Part shown: positions 55,401 to 64,000 of the stretch, piece after piece | How the letters are laid out: each line of letters starts with the position of its first letter | Position numbering within the stretch: the first letter of the stretch is position 1 | IMG/VR virus record: IMGVR_UViG_3300042311_000920 | Span: 1-64,000 of that record | Strand: one strand, 5' to 3' | Source of the DNA: a virus | DNA: 64,000 nucleotides | Translations under genes and position numbers: made by a program | Notes under the pieces: model-generated | Databases searched by the model: none | What the model was told of the DNA's origin: nothing | What the model saw: the letters and a program-made list of their open reading frames with translations, nothing else

Positions 55401-57464
55401 TTTAATTTTAATATACGTGCCGAGTGGCTCGATTATTTCGGCTCCGTCCTCGTCATTGTTACCGGTAATAAAATCTGTGTCTTGAACTTTCTTTTCGAGT
55501 ACGTTTACTTTAATTACATCTTGCAACGCTCCTTGAATATCTTTTTTTACAATAAGAACATCGCCTTCTTTTACTTTGTCTTTATTATCGCCTTCAAGTT
55601 TTATCCATCGGTACAATCCGTCTTCAAAGAAAACAGATGCGTAAATAGTTTGGTACGTCAACGGAGTTTGCTTGATTACAAATTTAAAACTCTTGGCCCA
55701 ATATGGAGGCAAACTATCGAGCGATACTTTGATTGTATTCTTATTAATGCTGAATGTTTGCGGAATGTAAATCGTGTTTTTCTTACTTGTAATGACTGTT
55801 GTTTTTCTTTTGAATTCATCCATATAAAGCAATCCAACATCGTAACTTCTATTCGATTTTACTGAACTTGACACTGCAAAATTTCTGTAAAACACAGTCG
55901 ATTGGCTTTTAAAAAACCAATTATATGCTCTAGTTCCAAAAGAATCATCTAATGGGTCAGCAGGAGTTGCATCTATTTCATAAACAAAAACGGGCGCGGT
56001 AATAGTAAGTACGTTTCCTACACTAGAAAACCCAAAAGGAGTACTACTTGTTAATACGCTATTGTCAGGTGGCGTAAATTCTACTTTTGAATTAAAGTTT
56101 GTAGTTAGTGTATCTGTAAGAAAAGTAATGAATTCTGGATCTGCAACAAAAGCATCTAAGTCGGTATAATCTTGAGCCAAAACATAATCAATTGTCCAAC
56201 TGTAACTTCCTGTTTTTACTAATATACCAAGAAAACCTTCGTAAGCTGATTCCATTTCAAAACCAAAACGAATGCTATTTCCTTTTTTGAATGAAATTCC
56301 CGTAAAATCAATATTTACAACACGTCCTCCTTCGCTATATGGCGTAGTGAGTGTATAATCTAAATTACTTCCTGTAATATCCCTTGAGATTATTGAAAGT
56401 GTATAATTCGCATTTATTTTTTTTAAATTCTCGTCAAGTAAATTATAGCCTTCAAGGTAATTCCCAAATACAACTTTGTTTCCAATAATAGTTTGAGCCA
56501 ATGATTTTCTAGGAACATTATCGAACGTTCTGAAAAGTTCGCGTTCTGGCAATGCTTGGTATATTTTTTCGTTCGCAAATACAAAACTTTGATTCGTGTC
56601 GTCTCCCCATTGCTCGTCCTCTTTATTGAATGTTTCAATAAGGTACGGAACGTTTGAGTTTGTTTTTTTGAGTATTAATTGAATATCAGTAACGCGTTTA
56701 TCTCCGGTATTGAAAGTAATTCGAACGGCATTGAAACGGTTTATCATTCCAATATTTTCCATACTTTGCAAATCCAATTCAAATTCCCCAGGTGCAAACT
56801 GATAATTTGTAAAATCCGAAAATGCGGAATACTCTCCGTCAAGGTATTTGTATCGGTAGCCGAATAATTGGAAAGTTTCTTCCATGTAATTTTCAAGGCC
56901 ACCCGTGTAAGTCAAAGAAACATTTGGATGATTTTTTGGCGGACTTTTAATCAAGTAAATATCTTCTTTCTCAAAGCCGTTTTCTCCGTATGTTTTTGCT
57001 CTGGAAATATTAATACACAACGGCTCCATATTGTTTTCCGTCAATAATATTAATTCTTTATTCGGGTCCTCGTGAGCGATGATATTTATAGCAGTACAAG
57101 GAAAGTCTTTTTTTAAATCAAATACTCTTGAACCGATAGCACGTGTTTCTTTTAAAAGAAACGAGGTAGTATTTGAATTTGCATCGTATTCAATTAAGAA
57201 CGATCCGCTATCAGAAAGCACAAGCCAATAGATTCGATTTCTGGCATTATAAGTAAAGCCGCCTAATGTAATTGGATTGACGCCAAGGTTTAAGTTTGTG
57301 AGCCGTTTGTTGCTGTATGATTTCGTAATACCTCCTTCTTCTCCAATCTCGTTATTAATTACAATTACGTTGGTCGCTTCACGGTATTCGCCATCAGGCA
57401 ACAAACGATTATCGACGTCGAGTTGCATTCTACCTGAACTAAATGTTTTTCTGAATATTGGCAT
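52416..57464 (-). CDS. Tail stabilisation/nozzle protein with C-terminal Ig-like extension
   Basis: F.SGRMQLDVDNRLLPDGEYREA, FGYRYKYLDGEYS, FDNVP, FGNY; cadherin-like VVIDVLAND...FTYQVTD. Confidence 0.7.
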   Translation of the reverse strand: MPIFRKTFSSGRMQLDVDNRLLPDGEYREATNVIVINNEIGEEGGITKSYSNKRLTNLNLGVNPITLGGFTYNARNRIYWLVLSDSGSFLIEYDANSNTTSFLLKETRAIGSRVFDLKKDFPCTAINIIAHEDPNKELILLTENNMEPLCINISRAKTYGENGFEKEDIYLIKSPPKNHPNVSLTYTGGLENYMEETFQLFGYRYKYLDGEYSAFSDFTNYQFAPGEFELDLQSMENIGMINRFNAVRITFNTGDKRVTDIQLILKKTNSNVPYLIETFNKEDEQWGDDTNQSFVFANEKIYQALPERELFRTFDNVPRKSLAQTIIGNKVVFGNYLEGYNLLDENLKKINANYTLSIISRDITGSNLDYTLTTPYSEGGRVVNIDFTGISFKKGNSIRFGFEMESAYEGFLGILVKTGSYSWTIDYVLAQDYTDLDAFVADPEFITFLTDTLTTNFNSKVEFTPPDNSVLTSSTPFGFSSVGNVLTITAPVFVYEIDATPADPLDDSFGTRAYNWFFKSQSTVFYRNFAVSSSVKSNRSYDVGLLYMDEFKRKTTVITSKKNTIYIPQTFSINKNTIKVSLDSLPPYWAKSFKFVIKQTPLTYQTIYASVFFEDGLYRWIKLEGDNKDKVKEGDVLIVKKDIQGALQDVIKVNVLEKKVQDTDFITGNNDEDGAEIIEPLGTYIKIKPQGIFIDYSLDEFFFNEKNRYTPVGRPVVRNEGFSKLVGTTIVDLKIPQGSVITIKLESDGRSRGKKTFEKTYISDSDYDNFKLWFDANVLPNMPLSIKENEVEAYSNVFVIRGIPIGANDYTPDPDGYLYMISEGITPGNGGRRNGFLTSTVTIRLVDGFVIFETEPKQSEDEIYYETEQSYDIVDGKHLGNLQNQTDLLPAEFELDFFNCYVQGNGAESYRVKDGLNKNYLNIDTKPTSTSIEEYKEIRRAADLTYSESFVESSSINGLNVFNLSTANFKDDLDKQYGSVQKLHSRQNDIVVLQEEKAGKVLFDKDAIFTADGNAALTSVPGVLGQWVPYQGNRGIGKNPESFSVDDDGRIKFASIRNGSISRLSLDGIEDIVYGVKSFFRDLFIAQPNARIISGFDPFLEQTVFSIGNEPERIPLFNCSNEVIKTNQDVPFSYNLLLNNLGGDIILSYNITSGNATIQVVFNEATTVVSNVTGTGNIVVVRNSLVENIATIIVTPIGGPITYSIFNTCPIGTELEIVMVVLNDNLDNEQTITNRFRRLSSSFISNDDIFNEGPVTRFQSIIGTEGVGSFPTNDDIMIIQSFKDSSNSGKLDLTKCNRLGFLISDADYEEADYLDIINDADTQFITVTETGEEDFSSTVSGNFIFNRTSTSEKLYLIWDYTDRNPVLTNDSASVTVGGEVVIDVLANDEVSVDATVEITVQPLHGTAVVNLDQIVTYTHDGTANFDDEFTYQVTDNGCSSVAKVIISIGVSCSEGLDAGGGMGIYEFLLNVGTAVGRTGIKYNAENIPDRFQMYYDDVLVADSKYVGDGITGIPPAFGGLLGPRTLDVLSYNGTDFVPTGDTVAIDVIQDDIADNLTEPTDGNGVLYFNKTTALPTAIKVVVTGPFEMTGWSITGICPIPEEELLDGVDKFVYGFFVDADKDLTTKSIGLFLGTSPAKFYTNFLGNVNFTVYGWTSTNKFINDGVTWWKIDSDGTILSTGTI

Positions 57465-58363
57465 TACAAAGTCATAGTATTAGCACGAAGTGTACGTGCG
57501 ATTCGTAATAAATCAAAGTTTGCTAAAGCCATTTTTGCTTGATGCAATGTTGTTTTGTACCTTCTCAAAGCACGGTCTTTTTCATTTTGTGGCACGTTTC
57601 TTCTACGTTCAATGCACGAAAAGTAAACCCAATTTTCAATAGTATCTCGCAAGTATTTATGTACTGTAATTTCCTCGTCAAGAAATCCTGCTTGCAATCC
57701 GTCTGAAACGTATTCAATTACAATTTCTCTATCGGATAAATCCGAACTAAACAAAAACATTCCGCGTCGTTCATCGGGTGTAAATTCCCCAAACTGACTC
57801 AACTTAGAGGTATTTAAAGTAGGTTGGTATTCGGTTGAAAAATTATATTTTTTGTAAGGTTTTGCGTAACCGTTGGAACTGTCTGCGGTAATAATCAATC
57901 CATCTTCGTCGAAAATAATATCAGCATTATTATCTTGAAGATAACCAATTGCTGTGTTTATTTTGTAGTTTACGTCCAATGGTTGCAGTCGTAAACTTCC
58001 CGTAACGCTATCGTATTCAACAACTGAGACTCTAGCGTAATTCACATAATCTTGTGGCATTGGCCAACACAAAGAACCTGGAACTGTAACTTCAATTGCA
58101 ATTACGTCATTAGCAACTTGTCGTGTTACTTCTCGAATAGCTTGTTTTGCGTGACGTATCAGTTTACTTCTTGGCGTATTCTTTAAAAAACTGTCGTCGT
58201 CCTGTGCTTCCAAAAGCATAGAATCTATAATATCTTTCAGGTTCGTATATTGGTACGATCCGAAATTATCTTCATTGCTGTAATATTGCTCGGGAGTTTG
58301 TGGTAATCCCGAATCAATATTATTTTGCTGAATGAAATTATATGTGTTTGAAAGTATTACCAT
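57464..58363 (-). CDS. Tail ring/adaptor protein
   Basis: FGSYQY..LKDII, MPQDYVNYARVS, IEYVSDGL; position in the module. Confidence 0.65.
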   Translation of the reverse strand: MVILSNTYNFIQQNNIDSGLPQTPEQYYSNEDNFGSYQYTNLKDIIDSMLLEAQDDDSFLKNTPRSKLIRHAKQAIREVTRQVANDVIAIEVTVPGSLCWPMPQDYVNYARVSVVEYDSVTGSLRLQPLDVNYKINTAIGYLQDNNADIIFDEDGLIITADSSNGYAKPYKKYNFSTEYQPTLNTSKLSQFGEFTPDERRGMFLFSSDLSDREIVIEYVSDGLQAGFLDEEITVHKYLRDTIENWVYFSCIERRRNVPQNEKDRALRRYKTTLHQAKMALANFDLLRIARTLRANTMTL

Positions 58364-58369
58364 GGCTTT

Positions 58370-58813
58370 TTATATTAATTCAGCTTTCCAATACCCAGCA
58401 ATACCTACATATGTAAATCGATATGTTTCATTGTTTGCTAATGTTACTTTTGTTAAAAAAGTACCCATTGTTATAAAGATTTTTGCTTCGTTTGCTTCGT
58501 TAGACCAGATATCAATATTAGCAGATAAAGCCGTTACGAAAATTTCTTTTCCTATTACCGGTGTTGGAGGTAAAAAAGCTTGCCCTCCACCAAAGTTACA
58601 GAAATTAAAATCCGAAGTAAGTACTTGCTGAGTTCCTGTTAACGTATAAGCAGAGCTTGTTTTTACCCCTATTGGTAGATTTTCAATTTGCTCGTCAACA
58701 TAGTCGACTATTTTTTTTCTGTTAGCACCATCAACAGTAGGTGTTATACTCGCTGCGGTTGTTTTATTTGTGATATCAGCATCAATCTGAGTATTTAATT
58801 CTGCTCTTGTCAT
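58370..58813 (-). CDS. Putative structural protein
   Basis: 147 aa, in the virion module. Confidence 0.55.
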   Translation of the reverse strand: MTRAELNTQIDADITNKTTAASITPTVDGANRKKIVDYVDEQIENLPIGVKTSSAYTLTGTQQVLTSDFNFCNFGGGQAFLPPTPVIGKEIFVTALSANIDIWSNEANEAKIFITMGTFLTKVTLANNETYRFTYVGIAGYWKAELI

Positions 58814-58827
58814 TTTTTTTTGTTTTA

Positions 58828-59094
58828 TTAGTTGTAAACGGGACTGTAAACGCTTGTGTATATTCTTGCGTCAGTTTCGGTGTAATCTGTACCAAGTCTG
58901 ATAAAGAAATTCCCGTATGTAATTCCATTGACTGTAATAGGACTTGTGAAATTATTTAAAGCCACCGGCGAATTCCAATTCACATTATCAAGTGATGTTT
59001 GGTAAAACAAATTCTCTAAGTTAAAATCAGCAGTAAAAGATACTTCGTGACTAGATCCTACTTTTTGAACATTGGTAATGATTATCTGTGGCAT
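58828..59094 (-). CDS. Putative structural protein
   Basis: 88 aa, beta-rich. Confidence 0.5.
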   Translation of the reverse strand: MPQIIITNVQKVGSSHEVSFTADFNLENLFYQTSLDNVNWNSPVALNNFTSPITVNGITYGNFFIRLGTDYTETDARIYTSVYSPVYN

Positions 59095-59096
59095 AA

Positions 59097-59807
59097 TTAC
59101 GAAGCGTTTTCTTGGTTAAAGTCTTGTGCCGTTTCGTTTGTCGTCACGGCAACTAGGTCGTTTTCTTTTAGATTTATTCCAAATCTTTTCAGTGTCCGAA
59201 GCACTACGTTTGATTCCTCGCTTGGGTGCAAATCAATGTCCTGAAAATCGGATGCGGAAGGATTAAAAAGTTCTACTCCGTCAATTACTGTAAAAGTCCA
59301 ATTTGCAAACTTTGGTTTTCGTAAATAAGATACGGTAACGCTGTTGTTTATTGACGCAGGAGCGATTTTAATCTTATCCCCTACAAGTAATCCAATTGGA
59401 TAATTTATTGTTGGTTTAGTGTCAGCGTAATTCGCTATAAGTTTAAATTCTTTGTTGTCTTTACAAAATTCAACCTCGTTGTTGCTTTGGTAAAATACAC
59501 TATCAATAAATTGCAAGTCTGTTGGTAGTTTAAAGTAAGGCGTTTCAAATACTAAAACCACGTCTTCTTTTAGGAAGTGTAAAATTTTTTCTCTCGTTCG
59601 GTCGGGCAAGTTTACCAATCCACCGCTGATTAGACCTCTGTTCTCCCGATTAATCAATCTATTTACGTCAGCGAAGTATTCATCTATAATCTCGTGAACT
59701 ACGTCGTCAATCGCTAAACGTGCGTCACTAGGCTTTACATTACCTCGAATATCGCTGTTAGTGAACGTTAATACTTTTTTATATACTTTGTCGATTGAGA
59801 TAGCCAT
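59097..59807 (-). CDS. Head-tail adaptor/ring protein
   Basis: MAISIDKVYKKVL...SYLRKP...W...DIDLHPSEE. Confidence 0.65.
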   Translation of the reverse strand: MAISIDKVYKKVLTFTNSDIRGNVKPSDARLAIDDVVHEIIDEYFADVNRLINRENRGLISGGLVNLPDRTREKILHFLKEDVVLVFETPYFKLPTDLQFIDSVFYQSNNEVEFCKDNKEFKLIANYADTKPTINYPIGLLVGDKIKIAPASINNSVTVSYLRKPKFANWTFTVIDGVELFNPSASDFQDIDLHPSEESNVVLRTLKRFGINLKENDLVAVTTNETAQDFNQENAS

Positions 59808-59820
59808 AATTCATATTTTA

Positions 59821-59847
59821 AAAAAAAGCCTTGCCATAAGACAAGGC
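59821..59847 (-). terminator. Intrinsic terminator
   Basis: GCCTTG/CAAGGC stem with an A-run on the plus strand. Confidence 0.55.
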
Positions 59848-59897
59848 ATTTTCACTTCGGGAAAAAATTGCACTAAAAACTAAAAATAGTGGTTCTG

Positions 59898-60887
59898 TTA
59901 CTCTTGAAGTTTTTTATTAATCCATTCAAGATTTGTTTTATATGGGGCTGGTAGTTGCTTGTTAAATTTCGCTACGTACTGCTCTTGAGCTTCTTTTAGC
60001 ACGTCCAAATCAGTTGCTTCTTCATTAGCGAATGTTGCGGTTGGCGCAATGTTTCCATAATTAACAAGCATTGCTTTTAACTCGGCAATTTCTCTGTCTT
60101 TTTCAGATAGTTTGCTTTGAATCTCATTATCCTTTGCAGCTTTATTCAATTTAGTATCAAGCCTTTCTTGAAACTCTTGCATCAATATCAAAGATTCTGG
60201 CGATTGTTTCCGTAAGAACTCGGAAAGTTTATCCAATCCGTTCTCTCCTTGCGCAACGTGAACGATAACTCCTTCGCTGTCCGACCATACGATTGCCGTG
60301 TGTGTCTGATTAATTTTTACGATACCAGAAACCAATGCTAATCCGGCTACGAATTTTGTTTCGTACGTATCGGCTTCTATAGTGTCGATAATCTCTTTTG
60401 GACTACTGACAGCTTTTGCTTTTAATTCTGCGGAACATTGTGTATTTGATTTATAGAAATACGTCAATCCAAATATCGCCATTGCAATAGCTTTAATCTT
60501 ATCTTCGTCTGATTGTTTAATGTATTCAAGCGCTTTTTCAACATCGTCGAATTTCATCAAACTCTCTTTAGCCTCAAGTTCTTTACTGAAAATTTTCCAT
60601 TTTCTGTTTGCCCAAGGATGTTGTTTTGTTAAATAATTAAACAAAGAAATATCAGAATCGTCAAATGTCAATTCAGTTGCTTTTGCAAGCGCATTGTAAG
60701 TAAAATCAGGAACCTTTGATGGCTTAATGTCTTTATTGGTAATATCTTCCGTAAAGTTAGAATCTTGACCTGGATAGTAATTTATGTACTTTTTTCCCTT
60801 GTTTTCTTTGGTAGCCATTACGCCTTCTTGCGGAACAGACCACGTAAGAGGAGTATCTTGACCTGTTAATCTTAAAGTAACTTTCAT
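59898..60887 (-). CDS. Hypothetical protein downstream of the capsid gene
   Basis: 329-aa ORF. Confidence 0.65.
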   Translation of the reverse strand: MKVTLRLTGQDTPLTWSVPQEGVMATKENKGKKYINYYPGQDSNFTEDITNKDIKPSKVPDFTYNALAKATELTFDDSDISLFNYLTKQHPWANRKWKIFSKELEAKESLMKFDDVEKALEYIKQSDEDKIKAIAMAIFGLTYFYKSNTQCSAELKAKAVSSPKEIIDTIEADTYETKFVAGLALVSGIVKINQTHTAIVWSDSEGVIVHVAQGENGLDKLSEFLRKQSPESLILMQEFQERLDTKLNKAAKDNEIQSKLSEKDREIAELKAMLVNYGNIAPTATFANEEATDLDVLKEAQEQYVAKFNKQLPAPYKTNLEWINKKLQE

Positions 60888-60912
60888 TTTTTTTAGTTTT
60901 TTAATTTTAAGT

Positions 60913-60942
60913 AAAAAATGCCGAGACTTTGAAATCTCGGCA
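60913..60942 (-). terminator. Terminator after the major capsid gene
   Basis: TGCCGAGA/TCTCGGCA stem with an A-run on the plus strand. Confidence 0.7.
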
Positions 60943-60954
60943 TCAATCTATTTA

Positions 60955-62316
60955 TTAATAAAATTCAGTTTTTCTACCCACGAAGAAGGCGTTTACACCT
61001 GCCATGTCAACTGTAAGTTCTGACAAAAGCTGTACGTGAGAAGCGTCTCTTGTAACTGGAGTTCCAAGAACACCAAAAGCTTTCATTTGACGCTTACGAT
61101 TAACAGTACCGCTAGTTCTGTAACGTAGGTTGATGTATGGTTTAGAAGATGTAACTCCATTTTCCATTACTGCAGAATTTCCTGTTGGAATCAACACATA
61201 CGCAATAGAAGTAGTATCAAACAATTCAGCAGCCATAAGTGTAGGGTCATCCAACAAAGCCCATGATGCAAAGTGAAATTGAACACCATCAATAAATACA
61301 GATACGAAATCCAAGTTCAAAGCCATGTCTTTACTGTTATTGAACGCTCCGTAGTGAGATCCATTCATAAATGAAGAGTTCAAACCAGCACAAAGGATTC
61401 GCAATCTAGCCATTTGGTCGTGACCACACCACATTGTGTATTCTCTACAAGAAGTCCCTTGTCTTTTGATTCTTTTCGCTAAATCGGAAAGATCGTCCTG
61501 AGTAGTAATAAAATCATTAGAAATATTTCCTCGACTTTCAATTGTAGGAATTACACCGTTCAAACCTTGAGCATTACCAGCTACTGTAGAAGGCGCGTTG
61601 TCAGCAGCTCTCTTATGGAAAATAGCAGTCAATTCGATTTTATTGTCAAACTTTGTGTAAGTTCTGTCCAATTCGAAATTCCACCACATAGGTCCTGCAC
61701 CAGTCTGTACCCAAGTTTTTTGCGCCAAGTCTGAATCGGAAATTTCATAGAATTCCTGAACGATTTGCGGGTGAAACTTGTAAGTCAACATACTTTGTTT
61801 TTTACCTTCTGTAAAAGCATCATCACCTTTAAGGAATCTACTTGAGAAGTCAGCTTGAACACTCACAGGAGTAGCTGAAAAAGCAAATGCAACACCGTCA
61901 GAAAGAGCGGTAAATACAGTTCCAGAATTAATAGCAGATACAATACCTTGGTATTCATCAGTACCATCAGAAATTCTAACAACATCTTTTACTCGCAATC
62001 CGTGAGCCTCGCCACAAGTAAAAACATTATTTGTAGCGCTAACGCCAGTAAGGATTTTGTGAAGTCTGTTTACTTCGGCGTGTTGTACGTAATCACTTTC
62101 AAAAGTGCTTTCTGTACCGTTTGTAACAGCTCTCATAAATCCAAGAATACTTCCCTTTCCGTTTGCATACATTAATTCAGGAACAAGTTCCGGAACGTTT
62201 TGTGACAAATAATCAAATGAAGACGCAAAGTTTTCTGGCAATGCGCGAAGGGAGCTTAAATTGTCTGTAATAACGGCTACTCCAGAGCCATTAAAATCTT
62301 TTAAATCAAATGCCAT
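60955..62316 (-). CDS. Major capsid protein
   Basis: 453 aa after an acidic scaffold gene and before a terminator; YGAFNNSKDMALNLDF motif. Confidence 0.8.
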   Translation of the reverse strand: MAFDLKDFNGSGVAVITDNLSSLRALPENFASSFDYLSQNVPELVPELMYANGKGSILGFMRAVTNGTESTFESDYVQHAEVNRLHKILTGVSATNNVFTCGEAHGLRVKDVVRISDGTDEYQGIVSAINSGTVFTALSDGVAFAFSATPVSVQADFSSRFLKGDDAFTEGKKQSMLTYKFHPQIVQEFYEISDSDLAQKTWVQTGAGPMWWNFELDRTYTKFDNKIELTAIFHKRAADNAPSTVAGNAQGLNGVIPTIESRGNISNDFITTQDDLSDLAKRIKRQGTSCREYTMWCGHDQMARLRILCAGLNSSFMNGSHYGAFNNSKDMALNLDFVSVFIDGVQFHFASWALLDDPTLMAAELFDTTSIAYVLIPTGNSAVMENGVTSSKPYINLRYRTSGTVNRKRQMKAFGVLGTPVTRDASHVQLLSELTVDMAGVNAFFVGRKTEFY

Positions 62317-62335
62317 GATTGTAGTTTTTTATAAA

Positions 62336-63409
62336 TTATCTTAATCCGAATACCTCGTGTATCGGCTTAACAACAACACCATCAATTTTTTGTTTTTCGA
62401 GCGTTCTATGGGTTTCGTAATTTACGTTCCCTCTCTGCTTCAAAATCTCTTCTGTGTTCTTGGCTACTGCCTTGTGAACAATGGAAGCAATTGCTTTTTC
62501 CCTGTTGTTTTTGTTTCTCCAAAACATATCCTCACCGAATTGTTTATGGTTGAAACTTTCTTTCGGTCCGTAATCTTTTAGAATTTCAGCATCAATATTT
62601 GACACGTTTGACAACATACTATGCTTGTCTTTTTCGTCAAAATCATAACTAAAAACTTCTTTTCTTTCGGTTCCGTTATCGTCAAATACTACTTCAAAAG
62701 CGGAAGCGGCAACACTGTTCACTGCTTCTTTTGCAATCTCAATAGTTTTTTGACTTTCTTTCTCCAAAATTTCTAAATCAGATTTAAGCATCACGGAACC
62801 ATTTGGTAATCGCACATACTCGTTTTTTTCTTGATTTTGATTTTCTGGTTTATTTTCAATTGGCTTGCGGTATTTCTCCTGCTCGGCTTTTTTTTCTTCT
62901 AAAATGGATTTGGTGTATTGAGCCAATTTGATTTGGTCAGACCCACTCATGTCTTCAATGTCAATACCTAAAGTATCTGCAAGGTATTCATCGGCTTGTT
63001 CGTCAGTAAGTGTAGTTAAACCACTTTCTTTTCTAACTTTTTCACGTGCCAAGTTGATTCTAGGAAGTTCATCAAGATTTGAATTTAAAGCTTCAAAATC
63101 TTTACGACCTCGACCCGTTTCTTTTTTGTAAGTCAAATAAGCTTTATCATCGTCATCAAGAATATCCTCATACGGATTCACTTCTTTTGTTTCAATGATT
63201 TTTTCGGGAACGCGTTTTAAGTCTTCAATGGTTTCAAATTCGAAGCCTTGCTCTTTTAGGTAAGCCGTGGCGATTTCAGCCTGTGTAGGCTGTGTAGTTT
63301 CTTGGGAGTTCTGATTCTCTTGAGAAGCATCAAGATTATTTGATAAATCTTGAGTTTGATTCTCTTGGTTTTCAGCCCCTGTCATCTCGACGTTGGCATT
63401 ATTTTCCAT
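62336..63409 (-). CDS. Capsid scaffolding protein
   Basis: Acidic helical protein between portal and capsid genes; promoter at 63431-63438. Confidence 0.7.
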   Translation of the reverse strand: MENNANVEMTGAENQENQTQDLSNNLDASQENQNSQETTQPTQAEIATAYLKEQGFEFETIEDLKRVPEKIIETKEVNPYEDILDDDDKAYLTYKKETGRGRKDFEALNSNLDELPRINLAREKVRKESGLTTLTDEQADEYLADTLGIDIEDMSGSDQIKLAQYTKSILEEKKAEQEKYRKPIENKPENQNQEKNEYVRLPNGSVMLKSDLEILEKESQKTIEIAKEAVNSVAASAFEVVFDDNGTERKEVFSYDFDEKDKHSMLSNVSNIDAEILKDYGPKESFNHKQFGEDMFWRNKNNREKAIASIVHKAVAKNTEEILKQRGNVNYETHRTLEKQKIDGVVVKPIHEVFGLR

Positions 63410-63486
63410 ACTGTATTTAGTTTTCGATTACAAATATAATTGTTTTTATCTATTGTAATGCAATTTGTTATAAATTTTATTTATTG

Positions 63487-64000
63487 TTAGCTCATAAACC
63501 AATCTTCTTCGGCTTCAAAATCAATAGGCTCGTCATTTTCATTAGCTTGCTTCATTTTACTTTGTTGGCTTGCTTGAATTTTTGTCCTATCGTCCTTTCT
63601 CGATTCCTTAAATTCCTCTTTATCTAACGAAGTCATTGATTCGATTTTTTTCAAGTAAACTTCTTGCTCGAATTCACGTTGTTCTTTTGGTACGGCTAAT
63701 TGCTGTAAAGCTTGTGCTTTGGTTAATTCAATGCTTGTAGCTCTTTCAAGGAATTTTAAATCAATCTCCTTCATAGCTTGGTAAGATTGCAATTTTGCCA
63801 TTTCAGCTGCTTGATTAGACATAGCGTCGTTCTTGCTTTTTTCTTGAGCTAACATTACTTGTTCTTCCTGACGTTGCTTCATTCGTTTTCTTCGGTGGTA
63901 CATCAAATATTCAGTTGCTTTTTTGATGTTTACCTTGGCGATTTGTTTTGCTTGGTAAGCTACTTCTACGTCGATGGTTTGTTCTTGAACCGCAAGAGTA
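63487..64000 (-). CDS. Portal protein C-terminus (truncated by the window end)
   Basis: Gln-rich coiled coil ending KESRKDDRTKIQASQQS...PIDFE; the frame continues past the window. Confidence 0.7.
   Translation of the reverse strand, partial: TLAVQEQTIDVEVAYQAKQIAKVNIKKATEYLMYHRRKRMKQRQEEQVMLAQEKSKNDAMSNQAAEMAKLQSYQAMKEIDLKFLERATSIELTKAQALQQLAVPKEQREFEQEVYLKKIESMTSLDKEEFKESRKDDRTKIQASQQSKMKQANENDEPIDFEAEEDWFMS

Noticed and set aside
41537-63409. Many short plus-strand ORFs
   Set aside because: Antisense to long structural genes, with no protein-like features
1-64000. tRNA genes, DGR or retron reverse transcriptase, attP core
   Set aside because: None could be recognised from the sequence by eye

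Overview
AT-rich window from a temperate tailed phage of a Flavobacteriia/Bacteroidota host. The host call rests on TAnnTTTG promoters, A-rich translation starts and a Bacteroidota-type integrase. Layout: a truncated virion gene, GroES, RusA and small leftward genes (1-6.9 kb); a non-coding switch region with a structured leader and a type III hammerhead ribozyme (7.0-8.0 kb); a long rightward early/lysogeny/recombination/replication block (8-41.5 kb); and a leftward podovirus-like morphogenesis module (41.5-64 kb: portal end, scaffold, capsid, ring/tail proteins, and a 2497-aa polyvalent ejection protein). The main finding is two arrays of integron-like gene cassettes (12.4-22.5 kb, about 20 units; 31.6-34.8 kb, about 6 units). 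Each gene carries its own GTT...AAC terminal inverted repeat and is preceded by a variable hairpin of the form AAC-5nt-arm-loop-arm-1nt-GTT. Unlike classical integrons, the hairpin appears to belong to the downstream gene and often supplies its start codon. Both arrays end in the same 24-bp site, some cassettes have a second nested repeat layer, and six orphan DNA methyltransferases sit at the array ends. All calls were made by eye, with no database searches.
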